A stretch of DNA of 64,000 bases from NCBI GenBank assembly GCA_947625085.1, contig CANQMV010000002.1:1490-65489 (forward strand), given 5' to 3'. The notes beneath the pieces were generated by a model. It was not told the DNA's origin. It worked only from the letters and a program-made list of their open reading frames with translations, and made no database searches. The stretch comes from an uncultured Bacilli bacterium (GTDB taxonomy: Bacteria; Bacillota_I; Bacilli_A; RF39; UBA660). A program made the translations under genes and the position numbers. Of the stretch, positions 1 through 7,123 are shown piece after piece (the stretch's first letter is position 1; each line of letters begins with the position of its first letter).

Positions 1-1
1 A

Positions 2-175
2 ATAGGAACAGGAATTGTTAACGATAAGGAATTTACTCATTACAAAATATTTAAAGGTTCAAGCGAATTTGATACTAAGGAGATGTCAATATTTATAGAT
101 GGTGTTATTCAAGAGTGTACTAATTTAGGAATCCCAACATTAACACCAGAAGAAGTTAAGAGGTTTAATTTATGA
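2..175 (+). CDS. Phage protein, C-terminal fragment (gene starts left of the window)
   Basis: Frame is open from the window edge (..SIFIDGVIQECTNLGIPTLTPEEVKRFNL). TGA 173-175 overlaps the next ATG (ATGA). Confidence 0.4.
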   Translation: MGTGIVNDKEFTHYKIFKGSSEFDTKEMSIFIDGVIQECTNLGIPTLTPEEVKRFNL

Positions 176-372
176 AAAAGAAAAGAGAAATATTTATAGA
201 TTGTCCAATTTGCCACTATAATAACAAACTAGATAATATAAAAAGATATGGTTCATGTAAATTATGCAAGACTGTATTAGATAAGAAAGCAAAATACAAA
301 TATGAAATGTATTGTAGATTGCATTTATGGAGCAAGAGAGGAACAGGTTTTTATGAAACTTCGAAGATATAA
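172..372 (+). CDS. Small zinc-ribbon-like phage protein
   Basis: ORF track. Two CxxC pairs (CPIC..CKLC). ATGA coupling to the upstream gene. Confidence 0.5.
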   Translation: MKKKREIFIDCPICHYNNKLDNIKRYGSCKLCKTVLDKKAKYKYEMYCRLHLWSKRGTGFYETSKI

Positions 373-613
373 TGAAAAAAAACATATGTATGAAGATTAT
401 AATGTACCAAATGAATGGAATATTAAATTAATTACCAATGATATGAATGAAATTATTAATTGTTGCCAATGTGGCAAAGAAATGAGGTTTGGTGATAGTT
501 ATACTTCTATGCAAGTACATAATGCACTTGGATTAGGTTATGCAGTTTGTGAAAAGTGCTATTACGAAAAAGAATGGGTAGAGAGGAATAAATACAGAAA
601 TGAAACAAATTGA
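302..613 (+). CDS. Small Cys-rich phage protein (start uncertain: 302, 353 or 386)
   Basis: ORF track. CCQC..CEKC zinc-ribbon-like pairs. Overlaps the previous ORF if 302 is used. Confidence 0.45.
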   Translation: MKCIVDCIYGAREEQVFMKLRRYNEKKHMYEDYNVPNEWNIKLITNDMNEIINCCQCGKEMRFGDSYTSMQVHNALGLGYAVCEKCYYEKEWVERNKYRNETN

Positions 614-881
614 TATATTTGGCAATGAAATAGATGTAAATGATATAGGACCTCAGCAATTAGAAAAACAGGGTGGAAGAATTACGTTAAGGAGTTATTT
701 TAGAAATTGCTATGGTTTTAAAGATAGTTATTACTGTAAGAATTGCAGGTATTTTAAGAAAACAATGAGAAATAAAAAAGATTATTTTAAATGTTTAAAA
801 ATGGGAACTGGTAGAACAGCAGCAACAGATATACGAAAAAATGATATAGCTTGTAATTTATATGAGCAGAAAAGGAGTTAA
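600..881 (+). CDS. Hypothetical phage protein (Cys-containing)
   Basis: ORF track; packed co-directionally. Confidence 0.5.
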   Translation: MKQIDIFGNEIDVNDIGPQQLEKQGGRITLRSYFRNCYGFKDSYYCKNCRYFKKTMRNKKDYFKCLKMGTGRTAATDIRKNDIACNLYEQKRS

Positions 882-882
882 A

Positions 883-1395
883 ATGAAAAAAATCAAGTCG
901 GGGGGCTTGGTTAAAAATAAAATAGGATTTTCAAGATGGATATTAAATTACAAAGAATATTCTAAAGAATTAAGTGATTACAGAGAAGATTATGATAAAA
1001 CAAAATTAGAATTTGAAAATAGAAAAGAAGATTTAGAAAAAGAGCTTGAATCATTAAGAAAAATTTCTAAGGCTGAAATAGATAAATTGAACGAAATTAT
1101 AGTTGAAAAAACTAATATTATAATCAGAGATACGGATTCTTTAAATGCTAGAAATAAAGAGATACAAGAGTTACATAAAGAATTATCAGATAAATTACTT
1201 GAAATTGATAATTTAAAAGCAAATATAAAGCAATTAAATTGTCAAAAAGGTGGGCTTATAAAAGAAATTAACAAATTAAAAAAGGCTAATGAATTTTTAA
1301 AAGCAAATAGAAGAGCACCAAATAAAGAAGAAATATTAGCATATGAAAAAAATATAAAGGGATTATTAAAAAGAGAGAAAGTGGCTAAATCATGA
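883..1395 (+). CDS. Coiled-coil phage protein
   Basis: ATG 883 is preceded by AAAGGAG (871-877). K/E/L-rich heptad-like sequence. The track start 862 lacks an SD. Confidence 0.55.
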   Translation: MKKIKSGGLVKNKIGFSRWILNYKEYSKELSDYREDYDKTKLEFENRKEDLEKELESLRKISKAEIDKLNEIIVEKTNIIIRDTDSLNARNKEIQELHKELSDKLLEIDNLKANIKQLNCQKGGLIKEINKLKKANEFLKANRRAPNKEEILAYEKNIKGLLKREKVAKS

Positions 1396-1466
1396 ATAAA
1401 TTATTTAGAACAATAATCATATTTATTTCGATTATTATAATACTTTTAGCTGTAATGTGGAGATAG
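1392..1466 (+). CDS. 24-aa hydrophobic mini-protein
   Basis: ATGA overlap with the upstream stop. MNKLFRTIIIFISIIIILLAVMWR is a single TM helix. Below the ORF-track cutoff. Confidence 0.3.
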   Translation: MNKLFRTIIIFISIIIILLAVMWR

Positions 1467-1480
1467 GAGAGCGATAAATA

Positions 1481-1708
1481 ATGAAAAATATATTAGGTAA
1501 TTTAATAATAGTAGTAGGTATTTTAGTTGGATTATATGTAGGATTATACCTTATGTTATATGGTGGAATAATACAAATAATTAATGGTATTAATCCATTA
1601 AATGAAAAAGATATAGCATTAGGAATAATTAGGGTATTATTTTCAGAAATTGGAGTATTACCAGCATATTTAGGAATAGTTGAGGGAATGGAAATGAAAT
1701 TTAATTAG
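1481..1708 (+). CDS. Small membrane protein (2 TM)
   Basis: ORF track. SD GGAGAG lies upstream. Hydrophobic segments. Confidence 0.55.
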   Translation: MKNILGNLIIVVGILVGLYVGLYLMLYGGIIQIINGINPLNEKDIALGIIRVLFSEIGVLPAYLGIVEGMEMKFN

Positions 1709-1763
1709 AAGCAAATTATGAATTGTTCGATTAAATAATTATAAAGTATTGGAGTGATAAATA

Positions 1764-1916
1764 ATGATTAATTGGATATATGTAATTTTGGTATGGTCTT
1801 TTATGATTTTATCTTTTGTAACAAAAGGAAATTGGCATTATATTTTTTCGGGATTACAGATGGGTGTTTTTATAGGACAAATACTCTATTTTATAGATAT
1901 TAGGAAGAAATTATGA
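1764..1916 (+). CDS. 50-aa membrane mini-protein
   Basis: SD TGGAGTGA lies 6 nt before ATG 1764. Two hydrophobic helices. Stop overlaps the next ATG (ATGA at 1913-1916). Confidence 0.4.
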   Translation: MINWIYVILVWSFMILSFVTKGNWHYIFSGLQMGVFIGQILYFIDIRKKL

Positions 1917-2140
1917 GTGATAAAGATATTAAGTTGGAAGATTTAGGATATGAAAAAATACAAGATGATGTTAATTGGTTGATATATTCTTTTCAAAAAG
2001 TTTTTAAAATATGTTTTTATAAACCTCAACAAGATTTTAAAATCGAGTGTTTAGATAATATTTATAACACTATTGACATGGAGGAATTACAAGCAATATA
2101 TAACAAATGTAAAGAATTAGGATGGTTAGATGAAAATTAA
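1913..2140 (+). CDS. Hypothetical phage protein
   Basis: ORF track. Confidence 0.5.
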   Translation: MSDKDIKLEDLGYEKIQDDVNWLIYSFQKVFKICFYKPQQDFKIECLDNIYNTIDMEELQAIYNKCKELGWLDEN

Positions 2141-2396
2141 ATTAAAAGATATTATCGAAATTCAATATTTAGAAATGGAAATCTTTGAGGTAGAAGATGA
2201 TGATTATGTAGATTATAGAACAGTTAGAGGAAAAGAAAGAGCAATTTATAATAGACTTGAAAAAATAACTGATAGCAAAGAAAAACAAAGAGAAATAAGA
2301 GATTGTATTTATAAAAATATGTGGAATATTGAAGATTTATCTTATAAGCCTATATGTGATGGATTAAGAGCTTTAGGATATGAGGTGATTAAATGA
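2130..2396 (+). CDS. Hypothetical phage protein
   Basis: ORF track. Confidence 0.5.
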   Translation: MKIKLKDIIEIQYLEMEIFEVEDDDYVDYRTVRGKERAIYNRLEKITDSKEKQREIRDCIYKNMWNIEDLSYKPICDGLRALGYEVIK

Positions 2397-2500
2397 ATAA
2401 AGAATATATAAATAAAATTAGTGATAAAGAATTAAGAGAAAAAGTGAATTATTATGAAGGCTTATTAAAAAAATATAATATTCCTTTAATTGAGAGGTAA
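2393..2500 (+). CDS. 35-aa hypothetical phage protein
   Basis: ATGA overlap with the upstream stop. Fills the gap before the next gene. Confidence 0.3.
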   Translation: MNKEYINKISDKELREKVNYYEGLLKKYNIPLIER

Positions 2501-2501
2501 A

Positions 2502-2786
2502 ATGAAAATATCAGAAATAGAAAATGGTAAATTATATTTTAAAAGTGAAGATGGAGAATACAAAGAACTAGGAACTACTACTGAATTAGAATTTGAATCA
2601 GGTAAAGAAGATGCTTTTACTGAAACTGTTCGTAAAGGTTGGGGTACCAAAGATACATTTGCAATTAGACCAATTTATAAAGTATGGTACAAAAAGAAAA
2701 AAGGTGATAGATTTGTTAGATATTATAAGATTAAACAAGGAATTGACCCCAAAATAATTAAATTATTGATAGGTGATTATACGTGA
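2502..2786 (+). CDS. Hypothetical phage protein
   Basis: ORF-track frame. ATG 2502 after GAGAGG is preferred over TTG 2490. Confidence 0.5.
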   Translation: MKISEIENGKLYFKSEDGEYKELGTTTELEFESGKEDAFTETVRKGWGTKDTFAIRPIYKVWYKKKKGDRFVRYYKIKQGIDPKIIKLLIGDYT

Positions 2787-3067
2787 TAAAGATGAGTGAA
2801 GAAGAAGCTGTAAAAATATTACAATATAAAGTTAATAATGTTAATAATGATGTTTACATTGGTGAATTAAATAAACAAAATATAGAAGCAATAAAAATAT
2901 TATTAAAATCTATCGAACAATTACAACAAGAAAAAGAAGAATTAAACAATATTTTAGCTGAATTTGAAAAATGGCTTTGGGAAAAATTGAATATTAAACC
3001 TGCAAACAAAATATATGTTGGTGAATGTTTAGAAAAATTGCAAGAATTGAAAGGAGATAGAAAATGA
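2783..3067 (+). CDS. Hypothetical phage protein (coiled-coil)
   Basis: ORF track. Confidence 0.5.
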   Translation: MIKMSEEEAVKILQYKVNNVNNDVYIGELNKQNIEAIKILLKSIEQLQQEKEELNNILAEFEKWLWEKLNIKPANKIYVGECLEKLQELKGDRK

Positions 3068-3156
3068 ACAAGAAAAATGGATTTACATTAATTGAATTGT
3101 TAGCAGTAATTATAATAATAGCAATAATAGTTTTAATATTAGGAGGTATAAGATAA
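3064..3156 (+). CDS. Minimal prepilin: 30-aa peptide consisting only of a type IV pilin class III signal plus the hydrophobic alpha1-N helix
   Basis: SD AAAGGAGA lies 7 nt upstream. ATGA coupling to the upstream gene. MNKKNG/FTLIELLAVIIIIAIIVLILGGIR has the canonical G(-1) F(+1) E(+5) prepilin peptidase motif. Stop TAA overlaps the next ATG. Confidence 0.55.
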   Translation: MNKKNGFTLIELLAVIIIIAIIVLILGGIR

Positions 3157-3551
3157 TGAAAAAGAAAATATTAATAATGGGATTAATAATTTTATGTTTA
3201 GGAACAGGTTGTGCGTTTGATAGAGATAGCGATATTGCATCATACAATGTTAGCAAAGAAGCAGATAGTTTTAGAGTGAAAAGAAGAATCACATTTATAA
3301 ATTTAAGAAGTAATGATTATTTATTTACAATTAAAGGTAATTGCTCGATTGATGATAATTCAAGTAATGAATTAGAAGTTATTTGTAAAGTTGGTGAGGA
3401 TAAATATCAAAAACATTTTCTATATAAGTCTACTGAAACTACATATATAGTTGAACAATTAGATTATAGTGAAGTATCAAAATATGATTATGAAATAATA
3501 TTTAAACCTGAAAGTATAATACCAATTAAAATTGAGACAGAAATTGATTAA
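3156..3551 (+). CDS. Phage lipoprotein (possible superinfection-exclusion type)
   Basis: Signal peptide MKKKILIMGLIILCLGTGC with a lipobox-like LGTGC. SD AGGAGG upstream. Confidence 0.55.
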   Translation: MKKKILIMGLIILCLGTGCAFDRDSDIASYNVSKEADSFRVKRRITFINLRSNDYLFTIKGNCSIDDNSSNELEVICKVGEDKYQKHFLYKSTETTYIVEQLDYSEVSKYDYEIIFKPESIIPIKIETEID

Positions 3552-3554
3552 AAT

Positions 3555-3932
3555 ATGAATATAGTAGAAGAAATAAAAGAAATAATAGTTAAATTAAATG
3601 AATTAGATAGATATTTTGAAGACTTACCACAGCAATTAGGAATTCAAGATAGCAAAGAGCAAGATATATTACACTACATAGAAGATAACAAAATAAGTGC
3701 ATTTGAAGCATATAGGCTTATAAAAGAATTAAAGAAAGTTAGATATGATAGAAGAACTATAAAAAACAATTATGAATTATTACAAATATTCAATTCCAAC
3801 AAAAATAAAATTATAAGTGAAAATAATAGGCAATTTTTATTGCAAGATTTGTACACAAAAGAAAAAAGATTAAAGGCTAAGTATAAAAATAGACAATATA
3901 GTGAAGAGGAATTAAAGGAGATTATAAAATGA
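3555..3932 (+). CDS. Hypothetical phage protein
   Basis: ORF track. Confidence 0.5.
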   Translation: MNIVEEIKEIIVKLNELDRYFEDLPQQLGIQDSKEQDILHYIEDNKISAFEAYRLIKELKKVRYDRRTIKNNYELLQIFNSNKNKIISENNRQFLLQDLYTKEKRLKAKYKNRQYSEEELKEIIK

Positions 3933-4255
3933 AATTAGAAGTAGGAATGTATGCTCGAGTTCAAGAATTAAATGAGGTAATAATTGTTAAAATTTTAAAA
4001 GTAGAAGATGATGGTTTTAATGCTGATGATAATATGTATTATATGTTTTCAGAAGTTATAAAAGCAAGTCATAACATTATAGATTTAATAGAAGTTGGAG
4101 ATTATGTTAATGGTTGTAGAGTTATTAAGATTAATTTAGAATCGCCTTTAAAATATGTAAAATGTATAAATGATAATTGTTTTGAAGAAAAAGAAATTAA
4201 AACAATTTTAACTAAAAAACAAATGGAAAATAATTGTTATAGAATAGATGATTAA
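3929..4255 (+). CDS. Hypothetical phage protein
   Basis: ORF track; ATGA coupling. Confidence 0.5.
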   Translation: MKLEVGMYARVQELNEVIIVKILKVEDDGFNADDNMYYMFSEVIKASHNIIDLIEVGDYVNGCRVIKINLESPLKYVKCINDNCFEEKEIKTILTKKQMENNCYRIDD

Positions 4256-4278
4256 TGGAAACTATAAGGGAGGATTAA

Positions 4279-4365
4279 ATGTATATAGATAGAATGATCA
4301 TAGGAATTATTTTAGGAATAGTATTTACAATAGTAGGCATTGTTAATGGTACTATAAAAATGTAA
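4279..4365 (+). CDS. 28-aa hydrophobic mini-protein
   Basis: Strong SD AAGGGAGGA before ATG 4279. MYIDRMIIGIILGIVFTIVGIVNGTIKM is a single TM helix. Confidence 0.35.
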   Translation: MYIDRMIIGIILGIVFTIVGIVNGTIKM

Positions 4366-4404
4366 GAAAAAGACCAAATAAAAATGTAGCAAATCCTACA
4401 TAAT

Positions 4405-4517
4405 TATATTGACCAAATATTACATTTTTATATTGACTTTAACATTGTTTGCAGTTGTTTTATTTTATTTGCAATTATTAACATTTATTAACAGCTATAA
4501 ACATTTGCAAACATTTT
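4405..4517. repeat. Cluster of short direct repeats in the early/late intergenic region
   Basis: TATATTGAC occurs twice (4405, 4429). AACATT occurs four times and TTTGCA three times, interleaved (AACATTGTTTGCA, ATTTGCAATTATTAACATTT, AAACATTTGCAAACATTTT). No ORF. Confidence 0.4.
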
Positions 4518-4569
4518 ATTTTTTTAATATCCATTTTGGTTTATTTTTTGTGCTTTTATTATAAATTAA

Positions 4570-4776
4570 ATTTCGTTCTCTCAAGAAATTAACAAATATA
4601 TAGAAGAAAATATTAAATTAGAATTATTAAAAAATTCTAAATCAACTTATGCAAGAGAATATAGAACATTTGATAATGAAATACCTAAAAAAGATTTAGA
4701 TAAATTTCCAATATTAAAAGAATATAATGGAAAAGATATAAGTTATATAGTTACTGAAAGTATAGAAATATTATAA
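4570..4776 (+). other. 68-codon coding-like ORF with no ATG/GTG/TTG start (gene remnant or non-canonical start)
   Basis: Open from the stop at 4567-69 to TAA 4774-76, 6 nt before the next gene. Codon usage resembles its neighbours. No SD seen. Confidence 0.25.
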
Positions 4777-4782
4777 AATTCA

Positions 4783-5256
4783 GTGGGGTTTGGTAAATAC
4801 TGGGAGGTAATAGTGAAAAATAGTCATTTAACAATTTTGGATATAAAGAAAAAATTAAGAGACTTGAATGATGATTTAGAGACGGAATTAAATAATAAAA
4901 GAATTAATTTTGAAAGAACACAGCCAGCTTCCCCGACATTGAAAGATATAATCGTAGATACATCACATAGCTCATTTGATAAGTTTGCTCATTATGTAAT
5001 TAAAAATAGTGAGTTAGATACAAAAATAGTAACGCTTTTAGAAGAAATAAATAACTATGAATCTTTAATTATAAAAAGAATAAAAAGTATAGCTTTAGCT
5101 AATGAAAAAGAAGCAGAAGTAATAATTTTACGAGAAGACGAAAAATGGAAACGTGAACATTCAGGAAAACCTATGGAGTTTCACTTAATTGCAGAAAAGG
5201 TTGGTTATAGTGAAAAGCAATGTAGAAGAATTTATAAAGATTTTTTAAATTCTTGA
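4783..5256 (+). CDS. Putative phage late-gene transcriptional regulator (C-terminal HTH)
   Basis: ORF track (GTG start). C-terminal ..IAEKVGYSEKQCRRIYKDFL resembles a sigma-70 region-4/ArpU-RinA type HTH. Lies upstream of the packaging genes. Confidence 0.35.
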   Translation: MGFGKYWEVIVKNSHLTILDIKKKLRDLNDDLETELNNKRINFERTQPASPTLKDIIVDTSHSSFDKFAHYVIKNSELDTKIVTLLEEINNYESLIIKRIKSIALANEKEAEVIILREDEKWKREHSGKPMEFHLIAEKVGYSEKQCRRIYKDFLNS

Positions 5257-5994
5257 AAGATGTCCGTTCGATGTCCGCTGTTTAATGTTAAAATGATATT
5301 ATGAAATAATTATAAGTTATTTCAGCGACAATCAAATTTCTCACTTCTCAAAACTACTATAATTTGAGTTGTTCTTTGAAAAATGTATAATGAACCGTGT
5401 GATAAACTATTGCAATATAGCACGGATGTTATCTTGTTCTTATTACCTTTTCGAGAGATTAAAAAGGGGATTGAGTATAAATAGAAGGTAACTTTTATTT
5501 TGAGAGCTACTAAGTAGTTAAAAAGATAACAGTAGTATATTATGAGAGTTTATAAGAGACAGAACTAATCGTGATAATCATAAACTCATCTAGTAGAAAA
5601 TAGATGGAATAACTTAATAGCTTACTAGATTAGCACCTAGAGAGATATTAAGAATGCTAAAAAAGTCATTGTGTAGTTGATATCTAGTGATAGATATATA
5701 AGATTAGAACTGGTATGAGTAGCACAAATCTACATGTAAAAAATTAAATTTAATGGATATTGAAGCGTCAATATTAAGTAAGTAGTGCCTATGCGTGTGA
5801 AAGTTAGTAAGAAAGATTTACTCTAACGTAAAACGGTAAAGAAGATTAGGATTAGCTACCCTATGAGGCTCTTTATTAGTTAGTGCTTGAATAATAAATG
5901 GTTATAGTATATTAATACGAGGAGTATCATTGTATATTTTTTTAAGAACAACTCAAAAATTTAGGACTAATAAGTTAATATTAGTTCTTTTTTA
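5257..5994 (+). ncRNA. Large structured ncRNA candidate (ROOL/GOLLD-class)
   Basis: About 740 nt with no ORF of 60 aa or more on either strand. A 14-bp perfect long-range helix joins 5363-5376 to 5944-5957. Many local hairpins, e.g. 5680-5697 with a GTGA loop, 5545-5587, 5612-5652 and 5756-5773. Ends in terminator 5963-5994 and abuts the tRNA genes. Confidence 0.45.
5963..5994 (+). terminator. Intrinsic terminator
   Basis: AGGACTAATA-AGTTAA-TATTAGTTCT stem (10 bp, one G-U pair) followed by a T-run. Confidence 0.6.
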
Positions 5995-5995
5995 T

Positions 5996-6072
5996 TGAGA
6001 AATAACTCAGTTGGTTAGAGTGGGGAGCTTATATCTCTCTGGTCGTGGGTTCAAGTCCTACTTTCGCAACCA
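5996..6072 (+). tRNA. tRNA-Ile, anticodon UAU (reads AUA)
   Basis: Manual cloverleaf. Acceptor TGAGAAA/TTTCGCA with one A-G mismatch at 3-70. D arm ACTC..GAGT. Anticodon loop CTTATAT. T arm GTGGG-TTCAAGT-CCTAC. Encoded ACCA end. Confidence 0.7.
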
Positions 6073-6096
6073 TTTTAATGAAAGGAAAAGATAATT

Positions 6097-6231
6097 ATGC
6101 CATGTCATAGAAAAGACGGAAATGGTACACAAAAGAAAAAGTACCAAGCACATTTTTTAAAAATAAAAGATTATACATCAAAAGGAAAAACAAACAAAAA
6201 AAAGAAAAATCCAAAAGAAAAGCAAAAGTAG
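6097..6231 (+). CDS. 44-aa lysine-rich basic mini-protein between tRNAs
   Basis: SD AAAGGAAAAG before ATG 6097. MPCHRKDGNGTQKKKYQAHFLKIKDYTSKGKTNKKKKNPKEKQK. Confidence 0.3.
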   Translation: MPCHRKDGNGTQKKKYQAHFLKIKDYTSKGKTNKKKKNPKEKQK

Positions 6232-6252
6232 AGTTATTAATACTTTTTTTAT

Positions 6253-6327
6253 TGCCTCATAGCCAAATGGTAAGGCATAAGGCTTTGAACCTTAGATATG
6301 CTAGTCCGAGTCTAGCTGAGGCAACCA
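6253..6327 (+). tRNA. tRNA-Gln, anticodon UUG
   Basis: Perfect 7-bp acceptor TGCCTCA/TGAGGCA. D arm GCCAAATGGTAAGGC. Anticodon loop CTTTGAA. T arm GCTAG-TCCGAGT-CTAGC (C at position 55 is unusual). ACCA end. Confidence 0.8.
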
Positions 6328-6333
6328 ATTTAT

Positions 6334-6407
6334 CGCAGGTTAGTGTAATGGTAACATTTTAGAATCAGTATCTAAAGATAAAGGTTCAATTCCTTTGCCT
6401 GCAACCA
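6334..6407 (+). tRNA. Atypical tRNA, anticodon CAG (nominally Leu) on a class I body with a 4-nt variable loop
   Basis: Acceptor CGCAGGT/GCCTGCA with a C1-A72 mismatch and a G-U pair. D arm GTGT-AATGGTA-ACAT. Anticodon stem TTAGA/TCTAA with loop ATCAGTA. T arm AAAGG-TTCAATT-CCTTT. ACCA end. Confidence 0.55.
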
Positions 6408-6428
6408 AAAAATGAAAGGAAGATTAAT

Positions 6429-6647
6429 ATGATAAAAGTAGAATTATTAATAGACAATTTTAAAGATAAAGAAAATTTTGATAAGCCTATTAAAGTAATA
6501 AGAAACAATAAAGAAATAACTGTTCAGGGAAAATTATTATTTAAGGGAGATATTTATGAAATTACTAAAGAAAGATATAATTATTTAGCAAAAAAAGGAA
6601 TAGTGTCAAAATTTAAAGAACCTAAAACTGAAATTCAAGGAGAATAA
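6429..6647 (+). CDS. Hypothetical phage protein
   Basis: ORF track; SD AAAGGAAG. Confidence 0.5.
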   Translation: MIKVELLIDNFKDKENFDKPIKVIRNNKEITVQGKLLFKGDIYEITKERYNYLAKKGIVSKFKEPKTEIQGE

Positions 6648-6649
6648 GC

Positions 6650-7123
6650 ATGGCAAAAAGTAAAGTTGAGAAATGGTTAACTCCTGATGGCTTAACTTTA
6701 CTAGGTGGTTGGGCAAGAGAAGGACTAACCGATGAAGAAATTGCTAGAAAAATGAAAATATCCAGGTCAACTTTAAGTGAATATAAAAAAAAATATTCGG
6801 ACATATCGGACACCTTAAAAAAGGAAAAAGAAATAGTTGACTATGAGGTTGAGAATGCTTTATTAAAAAAGTGTTTAGGTTATAATGTGAAAGTTTTAAA
6901 AAATATAAAACTTAAGAAAGTAGAATACAATTCCAAAGGATATAAAAAATCAGAAAAAGAAGAAATAGTAGAAGTTTATGATGAAGTACATATTCCAGCA
7001 GATACTACAGCTCAAATTATTTGGTTAAAAAATAGACAACCAGATAAATGGCGGGATAAACCTCAACCTAAAAATAATGAAGATGAGGGAGTTGTGATAG
7101 TTGATGACCTCTCAAATTATTAA
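6650..7123 (+). CDS. terS: Terminase small subunit
   Basis: N-terminal HTH (..LTDEEIARKMKISRSTLSEYKKKY..) typical of phage TerS. Sits immediately upstream of TerL. Confidence 0.75.
   Translation: MAKSKVEKWLTPDGLTLLGGWAREGLTDEEIARKMKISRSTLSEYKKKYSDISDTLKKEKEIVDYEVENALLKKCLGYNVKVLKNIKLKKVEYNSKGYKKSEKEEIVEVYDEVHIPADTTAQIIWLKNRQPDKWRDKPQPKNNEDEGVVIVDDLSNY

Noticed and set aside
5365-5392. Promoter-like TTGAGT-16-TGTATAAT inside the ncRNA candidate as its definite 5' end
   Set aside because: A start there would exclude the 5' arm of the 14-bp long-range helix. AT-rich DNA yields many promoter look-alikes. It is kept as a caveat rather than a call.
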